From the NCBI RefSeq assembly GCF_900167395.1, contig NZ_FUWK01000017.1:15411-47410 (forward strand): 32,000 bases of DNA, read 5' to 3'. The position numbers and the translations under genes were made by a program. Below, one piece after another: positions 16,227 to 24,272 of this stretch. Source of the DNA: Nitrosomonas europaea (GTDB lineage Bacteria; Pseudomonadota; Gammaproteobacteria; Burkholderiales; Nitrosomonadaceae). Position 1 is the first letter of the stretch, and each line of letters begins with the position of its first letter. The notes beneath the pieces were generated by a model. The model searched no databases. It worked only from the letters and a program-made list of their open reading frames with translations, and was not told the origin of the DNA.

Positions 16227-18524
16227 GTGGGGATGAATACAACAAAAAGAATCTTGATATTGCTGCTGCTCGCATTGATCACCGGTTGTGCGATGCATAC
16301 GACGCGAAATCCATCTTTTCTGGAAGGAAAACGGTTGATTGCAGAAGGGCGGCTGGAAGAGGGTCTGGGCAAGCTGGAACAGGCCGCTCGTGAGGAACCG
16401 GATGATAGAGAAGTCGGTGCGACGCTGGCCAGGGAACGTGACACCATCATCGGCCAGATTCTGTTCGAGGCGGATAACGCCCGGCTGGCTGGCAATCTGG
16501 ATCAGGCCGAGCAGAATTATCAGCGTGTACTGAATATCAGGGCCAGTAGTGAACGTGCCCGGGAAGGATTGGATGCGGTTGATCTGGAGCGCCGCCATAT
16601 CGTTCTGGTCAATCAGGCAAAAGAGGCACTTGCGCATGGTGATGTGGACGGAGCGGAAAAAATCGTAAGGGGGGTACTGGCCGATAATCCGATGCAATCT
16701 GAAGCGAGACAACTGATCAAGGCGCTCAGTGAACAGATTGCACGAGCCGAGATGTCTGAATTGTCTCTGATAACCGAATTCAGCAAGCCCATTACCATGG
16801 AGTTCCGCGATACATCGCTGAAAACCATGTTTGAGTTGATCTCGCGCACGGCCGGCATCAATTTCGTATTCGATCGTAATGTTCAGCAGGAAGCAACGGC
16901 TTCAATCTTCGTCCGTGACAATTCGATTGAAGATGTGCTGAAACTGATGCTCCTGACCAATCAGCTCGCGTACAAGGTACTCAACAGCAACACGCTGCTG
17001 ATCTATCCGGATACACCCGCCAAGCAGAAGGATTATCAGGAGCTGGTCGTGCGCAGCTTTCACGTTGCCAATACGGATGTCAAACAGATGGTGGCCATGA
17101 TTCGTGGACTGGTCAAGGCACGTGACATTTACGTCAATGAGAAACTCAACCTGTTCGTGATACGGGATACGCTGGAGATGATCCGATTGGTGGAACGTCT
17201 GGTTGCCATCAACGATTTTCCCGATCCGGAAGTGATGCTGGATGTGGTAGTACTGGAAGTGAAACGTGACAGCACGCTCGATCTGGGGCCAAATATGCCT
17301 ACTTCGGTGACATTCAGTGCCGTTCCCGGTATAGGTACACCCGCTCAGGCAGCAGCGGATTCCGTGGTTAAAATGAGCATGATCAAGAATACCGGCTTCG
17401 AAGGGTTGCGGAGTTTCACTATCAGCAATCAGGCCAGAATCGATTTCGGCAGGACCCTGACCAACGCGGATGTGCTGGCCAACCCCCGCATTCGTGTCAA
17501 AAGCCGGGAGAAGGCAAAAATCCATATCGGTAACAAGGAGCCGGTGTTCACGGTCACGAATACAGCCAATGTCGGATCGGCTGCTTCAGCAACTTATATC
17601 GATGTCGGGCTGAAATTCGAAGTCGAACCGGTGGTCAGAACCAATAATGAGGTCACCTTGAAAGCGCTGCTGGAAGTCAGCAGTAATCTCGGTGAAAAAA
17701 GATCCGGGAGCGGAGAAAATGCAGCCACGGCCATCGTCATCGGCACACGTACGGCGGAAACGGTTCTGGAGCTGCGGGACGGAGAGACACAGGTGCTGGC
17801 CGGACTGATTCAGGATGATCTGAGCAGAGTAAGATCGGGTATCGCCGGGTTGACCGATATACCGGTACTGGGTGATATTTTCTCCAAGCAGGTCAGAAAA
17901 CATAACAAAACCGAAATAATTCTGCTGATCACACCGCATATCGTCCGCAATGTCATTCAGCCCAACCACTTTGAAAGCGAGTTTTATTCCGGTACGGCCA
18001 GCGCCGCCGGGAAACTGCCTGTAACCATACGGAAAACGGCACCGCGTTCACTGGCGATGGAATCCTCGAACAGTGCGTCAGATGGAGGATATATGTCATT
18101 AGGACGGGCACGATCTGCCGGGTTATTCGGAGCGGCACCCGATCTGTTTGAGGAAGCGGTTACGCAGGCAAGAGAGGCTTCTCCCTCATTGACGTTGCGT
18201 GTGCCGGAAAGTGTGGCGGGAGGCCGGGAATTTACCGCTACTGTCAGGCTGGTGACCCAGGATCCCATGCTATCCGGCGAATTGAACCTGACCTATGACC
18301 CGGATACTTTGGAACTGGTGGATGGCGGGGAAAAATCCGGAATGCGCAGCCTGAAGCTCGGCCGGGATCAATCCACCGGAATGACAGCGGTGCTGCGTTT
18401 CAAGGTGATCAGCACAAATGCAACTTCAACTGAAATTGCTTTACAGAATTTACAGGTGCGGGATGAGACAGGGCAGCCGGTTGAAGTGAATCTGCCACCG
18501 GCAGCGAGTATCAGGATTCAGTGA
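16227..18524 (+). CDS. Secretin-family outer-membrane channel with N-terminal lipoprotein signal + TPR region and C-terminal cohesin-like domain
   Basis: Lipobox LLALITGC. TPR-like helical repeats over roughly aa 30-170. Secretin_N-like repeats. Canonical secretin core (ANPRIRVKSREKAKIHIG, YIDVGLKFEVEPVV, RDGETQVLAGLIQDD, GIAGLTDIPVLGDIFS, EIILLITPHIV). A low-complexity linker precedes a 114-aa tail with the cohesin-like pattern GGREFTATVRL...LNLTYDPDTLELV. Confidence 0.9.
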   Translation: MGMNTTKRILILLLLALITGCAMHTTRNPSFLEGKRLIAEGRLEEGLGKLEQAAREEPDDREVGATLARERDTIIGQILFEADNARLAGNLDQAEQNYQRVLNIRASSERAREGLDAVDLERRHIVLVNQAKEALAHGDVDGAEKIVRGVLADNPMQSEARQLIKALSEQIARAEMSELSLITEFSKPITMEFRDTSLKTMFELISRTAGINFVFDRNVQQEATASIFVRDNSIEDVLKLMLLTNQLAYKVLNSNTLLIYPDTPAKQKDYQELVVRSFHVANTDVKQMVAMIRGLVKARDIYVNEKLNLFVIRDTLEMIRLVERLVAINDFPDPEVMLDVVVLEVKRDSTLDLGPNMPTSVTFSAVPGIGTPAQAAADSVVKMSMIKNTGFEGLRSFTISNQARIDFGRTLTNADVLANPRIRVKSREKAKIHIGNKEPVFTVTNTANVGSAASATYIDVGLKFEVEPVVRTNNEVTLKALLEVSSNLGEKRSGSGENAATAIVIGTRTAETVLELRDGETQVLAGLIQDDLSRVRSGIAGLTDIPVLGDIFSKQVRKHNKTEIILLITPHIVRNVIQPNHFESEFYSGTASAAGKLPVTIRKTAPRSLAMESSNSASDGGYMSLGRARSAGLFGAAPDLFEEAVTQAREASPSLTLRVPESVAGGREFTATVRLVTQDPMLSGELNLTYDPDTLELVDGGEKSGMRSLKLGRDQSTGMTAVLRFKVISTNATSTEIALQNLQVRDETGQPVEVNLPPAASIRIQ

Positions 18525-18553
18525 TGACATTTCTTCGTCTTTTCTGAGCGGAT

Positions 18554-19036
18554 ATGTTGCAGACAGCATCTTGCCGCGGATTTACCCTGATCGAGCTGAT
18601 GATCGTAGTGGCAGTCATGGGAATCCTGGCTTCCGCGGCGATGCCATTAGGTGAAATGGTCGTCAAACGTGAAAAGGAGCGAGAGTTGCGTATAGCACTG
18701 CGCCAGATCCGCACGGCGATCGATGCCTATAAGCAGGCGGCGGATGAGGGATTGGTCGAAAAAAAGGCTGATGAAACCGGCTATCCTCATCGGCTGGAAG
18801 ATCTGGATACGGGCATGGACGACGTAAAAGACCCTGACAGCAAGAAAATCTTTTTCATGCGCCGTTTGCCGCGCGATCCAATGTTTCCGGATACTGAGGT
18901 ACCTGCTGCCGAAACCTGGGGAAAACGCAGTTATGCCAGCCCGCCCGACAGTCCGGAGGAGGGAGATGACATTTACGATGTTTATTCCCTTTCCGAAAAA
19001 GCGGGGTTGAACGGGATTCCCTACAATCAATGGTAA
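18554..19036 (+). CDS. Prepilin-type (GspG-like) pseudopilin 2
   Basis: MLQTASCRG|FTLIELMIVVAVMGILA class III signal with Glu+5. N-terminal helix followed by VKREKERELRIALRQIRTAIDAYK, as in GspG-type pseudopilins. Confidence 0.8.
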   Translation: MLQTASCRGFTLIELMIVVAVMGILASAAMPLGEMVVKREKERELRIALRQIRTAIDAYKQAADEGLVEKKADETGYPHRLEDLDTGMDDVKDPDSKKIFFMRRLPRDPMFPDTEVPAAETWGKRSYASPPDSPEEGDDIYDVYSLSEKAGLNGIPYNQW

Positions 19037-19467
19037 AGCTCGCTGATCAGACTGTGATCCAATCGGTATCAAACCGATTGAAGCGGCCCGGTGGCCATTG
19101 GCGTGAACGGGGGTTCACGCTGATCGAATTACTGGTGGTGATGGTCGTTATTGCTATCCTCCTCACGATTGTGACGCCGCGTTACTTCAATTCTGTCGAC
19201 CGGGCGAAGGAAACGGTACTCAAGCAGAATCTCAGTATTCTGCGCGACGCGATCGACAAATATTTTGCCGATACCGGCAAATATCCGACCGATCTGCATC
19301 AACTGGTCGAGGATCGTTATATTCGCGCGATACCTGTCGATCCGATTACCGAGGAAAACGTCTGGGTGGAAATTCCGCCGCCCGATCCTGAAATGGAAGG
19401 CGTGTTCGATGTGCATACGACTTCCGACCGGCAGGCGCTGGACGGGACATTTTATGAGAAATGGTGA
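19030..19467 (+). CDS. Prepilin-type (GspG-like) pseudopilin 3 with an unusually long leader
   Basis: RERG|FTLIELLVVMVVIAILL, then RAKETVLKQNLSILRDAIDKYFADTGKYPTDL (GspG-like). ATG 19030 overlaps the upstream stop (ATGGTAA) and gives a 28-aa leader. TTG 19078 would give 12 aa. Confidence 0.8.
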   Translation: MVKLADQTVIQSVSNRLKRPGGHWRERGFTLIELLVVMVVIAILLTIVTPRYFNSVDRAKETVLKQNLSILRDAIDKYFADTGKYPTDLHQLVEDRYIRAIPVDPITEENVWVEIPPPDPEMEGVFDVHTTSDRQALDGTFYEKW

Positions 19468-19469
19468 CA

Positions 19470-20105
19470 ATGTCATGCCGGCAAGAACGGGGATATATTT
19501 ATATCTGGATGCTGTTTGCTGTTATGCTTGCGGGCGTGATGCTGGCTGCTGCCGGGTTGATCTGGCAGACAGAAGTCAAACGGGAAAAGGAGCTGGAACT
19601 GCTGTTCGCCGGTGACCAGTTCCGGCGGGCGATCGAGTCCTACTATAACGATTCTCAAGTGTCGGGGAGAGCGGGGGAGGCGGGTGCCAGCCGCTACCCG
19701 GCATCTCTTGAACAGTTGCTCAAGGATGAGCGTTCTCTGGTAGTGAAACGGCATCTCAGAAGAGTTTACCCCGATCCGATGACGAACAGCTACAACTGGG
19801 GGCTGGTCAGGCAGCAGGACGGCGGGATTACCGGTGTCTACAGTCTTTCGACTGGCGTGCCGATCAAGCGTGCCAATTTTCCGGCAGATTACATTGCTTT
19901 TGAAAAGGCCGGGAATTATCAGGGTTGGAAATTTGTCCATGCTGCCAGTACTGCAGGAGGGCAGGAAAAACAGCAGGCGGAAGGTCGGGGAAACATACAG
20001 GGCGATACGTCGATGCCGGGATTGCCGGGTACTGGATTTAATCCGCTTCCACAAAACCAGCCTGCTCCGAATCTATCTCCGCCAACCGGCAATGATGCGT
20101 TTTAA
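19470..20105 (+). CDS. Atypical pseudopilin-like protein (degenerate class III signal, Pro/Gln-rich tail)
   Basis: MSCRQERG|YIYIWMLFAVMLAGVMLAAAG is hydrophobic like a pilin helix but has Tyr at +1 and no Glu at +5. It shares VKREKELELLF...FRRAIESYY with pseudopilin 2. C-terminus MPGLPGTGFNPLPQNQPAPNLSPPTG. Alternative ATG at 19461. Confidence 0.55.
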   Translation: MSCRQERGYIYIWMLFAVMLAGVMLAAAGLIWQTEVKREKELELLFAGDQFRRAIESYYNDSQVSGRAGEAGASRYPASLEQLLKDERSLVVKRHLRRVYPDPMTNSYNWGLVRQQDGGITGVYSLSTGVPIKRANFPADYIAFEKAGNYQGWKFVHAASTAGGQEKQQAEGRGNIQGDTSMPGLPGTGFNPLPQNQPAPNLSPPTGNDAF

Positions 20106-20278
20106 AGGAAATCTGGAAAGAGGAAAGAATAGCGAATGAGTGCAGAGGTTTTTCCGGACTTACTCGAGTGAAATATCTTGAAATCAGTGGATATGCCGTA
20201 ATTAGTAACTAACATAAGAACCGGATTTGTTGTTTGGAAGTCTCAGTACAGATAAAAGGTTGCCGAAGGCCATACGAA

Positions 20279-21988
20279 ATGAAAGTTATTTTGACGATAC
20301 AGTTAGCATTATTGCTGAGCATGGCGGGATGTACCCAACTCCCCAGAACGGGGGATGCCATTGCTCATGGTTCCGCAGCTTCCGCCGGTGCAGCACCCGC
20401 CACGGAACTGACTGCTGATTCCCTCTTTGATTTTCTGATGGGAGAAACGGCCCTGCAGCGAAATATGCCAGACGTTGCAGTGGAAAGTTTCATCCGGCTG
20501 GCAAGAGAAACACGCAACCCGAGGATCGCAGAACATGCGACTGATATCGCACTGCGGACGCGTCATTTCGGGGAGGCAAAAGAGGCCATCGATTTATGGG
20601 TAGCACTGGAACCTGATTCCATGCATGCGCGCCAGGCGGCAGTAGCGCTGTTCGTTGCGAACGGTCAGCTCGATAATGTCCGTCCCCACGTTGAACAGTT
20701 GTTGAAGCTGGAGCCGGAAACCGTCGATAAAGCGTTCATGCAGATCAACAAACTCCTGTCTCATCATTCAGACAGAGAAGCCGTGCTGAAACTGGTGCAG
20801 CAGCTTGCAGCATCCTACCCTGATTTGCCGGAAGCCCATTTTGCTGTATCCCAGGCTGCATGGTCTGCCAATGAATTCAAACTCGCGGCAAAAGCCATGA
20901 ATCAAGCGCTCGAATTACGGCCGGAATGGGAAATGGCCGCCGTGCATCAGGGGCAGATTCTGCAGAAAATTGATAAAGACAAGGCATTGTCTTTTTACGA
21001 TCAGTATCTCGACCGATTTCCCAGAGCCAATGATATACGGATTGCCTATATCCGCATGCTCATGGAGGAGAGAGAATTTGACCGGGGGCGTGAGCAGTTC
21101 CAGAAACTGGAGCAGGTAAACCCCTCCAACCCTGATATTGCGCTGGCGATCGGCCTTTTATCTGCCGAGCTGGATGACCTGGGGAGTGCAGAAAAGTATT
21201 TCAAACGTGCACTGCAACTCGGGTTTGAGGACACCAACACAATTCATTTCAATCTGGGGCGTATCCATGAAATTGCACAGCACAATGCTGAAGCAATGGA
21301 TGCCTACCTCAGGGTGACGGGTGGGGAACGTTATATTGCTGCCCGGGTGCGCTATGCTTTCTTGCTGGCAAAGCGGGATGGAATAGCCGCTGCCAGAAGA
21401 TATCTGAAAACCGTTCAGGTTGAAAATGAACAGCAGCGTACACAGTTGCTGATTTCTGAAGCACAGCTGCTGCGGGATAGTGGCGAGTTTCGTGGCGCGT
21501 ATGATCTGCTGGATGCTTATCTCAGAAAGTATCCGGATCAGGTCGAACTGCTGTACGACCGGGCACTGATGGCTGACAAGATCGGCAAGCTGGATGTACT
21601 GGAACAGGATTTGCGCAAACTGATTGAGTTGAGACCGGATAACGCCCATGCCTATAATGCGTTGGGCTACAGCCTGGCTGAGCGTGGTCTGCAACTGCCG
21701 GAAGCATTGGCACTGATCCAGAAAGCCATCGAACTTTCTCCCGATGATCCCTACATCATGGACAGCCTTGGTTGGGTTTATTACCGTATGGGTGATCTGA
21801 AAAAAGGGGTCAATTACCTGAAGCTTGCCTTCGACACTCGCTCCGATCCTGAAATTGCAGCACACTACGGCGAATTGCTCTGGATGAACGGTGCAAAGGA
21901 AGATGCCGAAAAAATCTGGCAGTCGGCGCTGGAAGAACATCCTGAAAATGAACTGCTGCTGGATACCGTCAAGCGGTTCATGAAATAG
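20279..21988 (+). CDS. TPR-repeat lipoprotein
   Basis: MKVILTIQLALLLSMAGC lipobox, followed by about 550 aa of recognisable TPR units (e.g. AHAYNALGYSLAERGLQLPEALALIQKAIELSPDDPYIMDSLGWVYYRMGDLKKGVNYLKLAF). Last gene on the cluster strand. Confidence 0.8.
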   Translation: MKVILTIQLALLLSMAGCTQLPRTGDAIAHGSAASAGAAPATELTADSLFDFLMGETALQRNMPDVAVESFIRLARETRNPRIAEHATDIALRTRHFGEAKEAIDLWVALEPDSMHARQAAVALFVANGQLDNVRPHVEQLLKLEPETVDKAFMQINKLLSHHSDREAVLKLVQQLAASYPDLPEAHFAVSQAAWSANEFKLAAKAMNQALELRPEWEMAAVHQGQILQKIDKDKALSFYDQYLDRFPRANDIRIAYIRMLMEEREFDRGREQFQKLEQVNPSNPDIALAIGLLSAELDDLGSAEKYFKRALQLGFEDTNTIHFNLGRIHEIAQHNAEAMDAYLRVTGGERYIAARVRYAFLLAKRDGIAAARRYLKTVQVENEQQRTQLLISEAQLLRDSGEFRGAYDLLDAYLRKYPDQVELLYDRALMADKIGKLDVLEQDLRKLIELRPDNAHAYNALGYSLAERGLQLPEALALIQKAIELSPDDPYIMDSLGWVYYRMGDLKKGVNYLKLAFDTRSDPEIAAHYGELLWMNGAKEDAEKIWQSALEEHPENELLLDTVKRFMK

Positions 21989-22306
21989 GCAGCAGTTAGG
22001 GAACTTCTGAAAAACGCAGTGATGGCAATGTTTTGCAGAGGTTTCTTAGCCGCTCGATTGCTGATATAACCAACCGCACCGCTACTGCCGTTTTTGTGAA
22101 CGTCGCCAGGTGTTTTTCAGGATCAGGGTAAAAACCGGATAGCGGCCACAACCAGTCCCCTTACCATCAGCGTGGCGGCAAATGAGCAGACCATAAAGCG
22201 ATCGATCGAGTGGCTAACGATTCTAACCGCTTATCTATTTGTTCAAACCATTAACAAAAGAATGATTCAGGTCTCTCGGAAATTACCGGGCCATCTCATT
22301 CGCAAG

Positions 22307-22582
22307 TTAATAAACAACATCGTGGCTTCCAATATTGATCGGGATAATTTGCTTATCCTCGATCAGGAATTCCAGCGTAATCCGATAAGAAAGATTAATT
22401 GAAATTGCATATATCCCCTGAAGTTTGCCGCTTAATACATGTAATCGCAGGGAAGGATGATAGGGATTAGTTTGGAGAATTTGCAGCGTTCTCAGATATT
22501 GTGTACGCAAATCAGGGTGACGCCTCAACCAGCGTGCCGCCCGCTGGTTATAAGCATCCGTAAAGATCAGCGAATAGCCCAT
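22307..22582 (-). CDS. RelE/ParE-superfamily toxin
   Basis: 91 aa; NPYHPSLRLHVLSGKLQGIYAISINLSYRITLEF...INIGSHDVVY matches the RelE/StbE-type pattern (HxLxGxLxG...S..YRI...GSHDxVY). Begins 3 nt after the antitoxin gene. Confidence 0.8.
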   Translation of the reverse strand: MGYSLIFTDAYNQRAARWLRRHPDLRTQYLRTLQILQTNPYHPSLRLHVLSGKLQGIYAISINLSYRITLEFLIEDKQIIPINIGSHDVVY

Positions 22583-22585
22583 TTT

Positions 22586-22843
22586 TTACTTCAGCGTATC
22601 CAGCCGTGCAAGATGCGCTTCCGGCGATTCCTGCTCACAACGTCCGGCAGCAAGATCTGCCCGTGTTTCTGCCAGTGCGGCAGTCAGTTCACACTCTCGT
22701 AAATAATAGTAATGTTCCAGCTGCATGACGACATAGCGATCCTTGCCTCGCACAGCAATAATCGCTTCCGGTTGTTCCTCCAGTTGCGCTTCAATCGCCG
22801 CAATTCCTCTGGTCTTGAGGTCGTTTGCATTAATAGTATTCAT
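22586..22843 (-). CDS. Phd/YefM-family antitoxin
   Basis: 85 aa; N-terminal INANDLKTRGIAAIEAQLEEQPEAIIAVRGKDRYVVMQLEHY is typical of Phd/YefM. Lies upstream of the toxin. Confidence 0.8.
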   Translation of the reverse strand: MNTINANDLKTRGIAAIEAQLEEQPEAIIAVRGKDRYVVMQLEHYYYLRECELTAALAETRADLAAGRCEQESPEAHLARLDTLK

Positions 22844-22925
22844 TTATAACCTTTTAATCGTCTGTTACAAGCTGCTATTATACGTATTATTAATCACACT
22901 ATATTGAATGCTGTTAACCGTATGA

Positions 22926-23110
22926 ATTCTATTTTCCCGGTTTGGGGCAGGTGATGTGCTTGATGTTGAAATAGTTGATTACCATTGAGGGATGACGATT
23001 CGTATCGAAGATGCTGGAGCATATAGATTTCAGTGATATTGCTGAAGGTAGAAAATTACCTTCTGTTCATCCTGTGAAATTCTGCAAGAAGAATTCCTTG
23101 TTCTGACTCC
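22926..23110 (+). pseudogene. Decayed higB-higA (killer protein / VapI-type antitoxin) remnant
   Basis: 22926-22988 encodes only ILFSRFGAGDVLDVEIVDYH*, the conserved C-terminus of HigB killer proteins. Downstream RKLPSVHP then (after restoring 1 nt) GEILQEEFLVLTP matches the HigA/VapI N-terminus. Premature stops and a frameshift are present. Weaker traces may extend to about 23260. Confidence 0.5.
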
Positions 23111-23387
23111 CCATGCGCTTCCCTGGCTCTATAAATTTTCGCTTATGATATTCGTGCCGGGACGCCGCGCAACTCTTCTGAATCGCTACGGCCCCGGGGG
23201 CTCGTGATGAACTGTCCATTCATGGTCAGACTGGAAAAGGGTGATCCACATTGCGAACAGCCTCAATAGTCAAAGATGGAACCGGCTTCTATCCCTTCTC
23301 TTCCTCGACTAAAATATGTTTATTCAGATGAGTGTTCAGGCATAGAGTGACAGTGAGCGCTGTGTTGCGAAACGTGGTGATCCGGTT

Positions 23388-23759
23388 TTACGAATCAGTT
23401 TGATAAGTCTGTCCCAGTTTTCGTTTGTGGCCGTAGCTGGTCAGTTTGTTTTGCAGTTGTGCCATCCAGGGTTCGGTAATGGCACGGATTTCGGCATCAC
23501 GTTCCAGTATGCCGTGGATGAGGCTGATCTTTTTTTTCTTCTGTTCTTCGCTCAACTGCTCGTAAGTGTGCTGTTCCATCAGCCAGGTGGTCAGGCGTTT
23601 ACAATCCTGTTCCAATGCTACCAGCTTGTCCCAGTCGCTGTTTTTTGCCGCTTGCAGCATCTGGTCAGTGATTGCCAGTATGGCTTCATATGTGGTGATG
23701 ATCTGCATACCGTTTTTATTGTCTTCGGGTGAATATCCGGATGAGGTGTCGGGCTTCAT
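23388..23759 (-). CDS. fliT: Flagellar export chaperone FliT-like
   Basis: Small, helical and acidic (ILAITDQMLQAAKNSDWDKLVALEQDCKRL...), directly after fliS. ATG 23759 overlaps the fliS stop (ATGA). Alternative ATG 23708 gives 106 aa. Assigned mainly by position and character. Confidence 0.55.
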   Translation of the reverse strand: MKPDTSSGYSPEDNKNGMQIITTYEAILAITDQMLQAAKNSDWDKLVALEQDCKRLTTWLMEQHTYEQLSEEQKKKKISLIHGILERDAEIRAITEPWMAQLQNKLTSYGHKRKLGQTYQTDS

Positions 23760-24226
23760 GCCATTGCACCTGTACCGGCCGTGTCCTCGATCGTATTTCT
23801 GGTTGCTGTCTGTACATCTGTTTTTCCGGCAGGCTGATTTCCAATCGATGCCCACGCTTCATGCAGCTCGCCCAGCAGGCAGCTGATTTCCTCGATGATC
23901 ACGGCATCGTTCTGCAGATTGGCCGTAAGCAGCCGGGCGGTCATGTAGTCATACAGCTGCTCCAGCCGGTTGGCCAGTTCTCCGCCGGCTGTTTTGTCGA
24001 GACTGGCTTTGAGGCCATGGTCGATGATCATGATCGCTTTGGAAATCATTTCCCCTTTGGCGGCAATCCTGTTCTGCTGTATATACAGCAGGCTGCAGTC
24101 CAATGCCTGGCGCGCGCCTTCGAACAGCATCAGGATCAGCTTGTGCGGATCGGCGGATACCACGCCGGATTCGACGCCCACTCGCTGATAACTGCTGATC
24201 GCGCGGCTGGGGGATTCAGTAAACAT
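23756..24226 (-). CDS. fliS: Flagellar export chaperone FliS
   Basis: 156 aa; YQRVGVESGVVSADPHKLILMLFEGA...KGEMISKAIMIIDHGLKASLD...LANRLEQLYDYM is the typical FliS four-helix pattern. Confidence 0.92.
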   Translation of the reverse strand: MFTESPSRAISSYQRVGVESGVVSADPHKLILMLFEGARQALDCSLLYIQQNRIAAKGEMISKAIMIIDHGLKASLDKTAGGELANRLEQLYDYMTARLLTANLQNDAVIIEEISCLLGELHEAWASIGNQPAGKTDVQTATRNTIEDTAGTGAMA

Positions 24227-24272
24227 GAGTTCTCCTTTTCAGAAATGAGTGTGCAGTTACGCTATCGGCTAT

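Noticed and set aside
16902-17969. 207-aa and 127-aa minus-strand ORFs
   Set aside because: They are antisense to the secretin core, which has canonical motifs on the plus strand.
21158-21940. 260-aa minus-strand ORF
   Set aside because: It is antisense to the TPR lipoprotein gene and has no independent support.
22172-22402. 76-aa plus-strand ORF
   Set aside because: It overlaps the RelE-type toxin gene in antisense, is AT-rich with no motifs, and is likely spurious.
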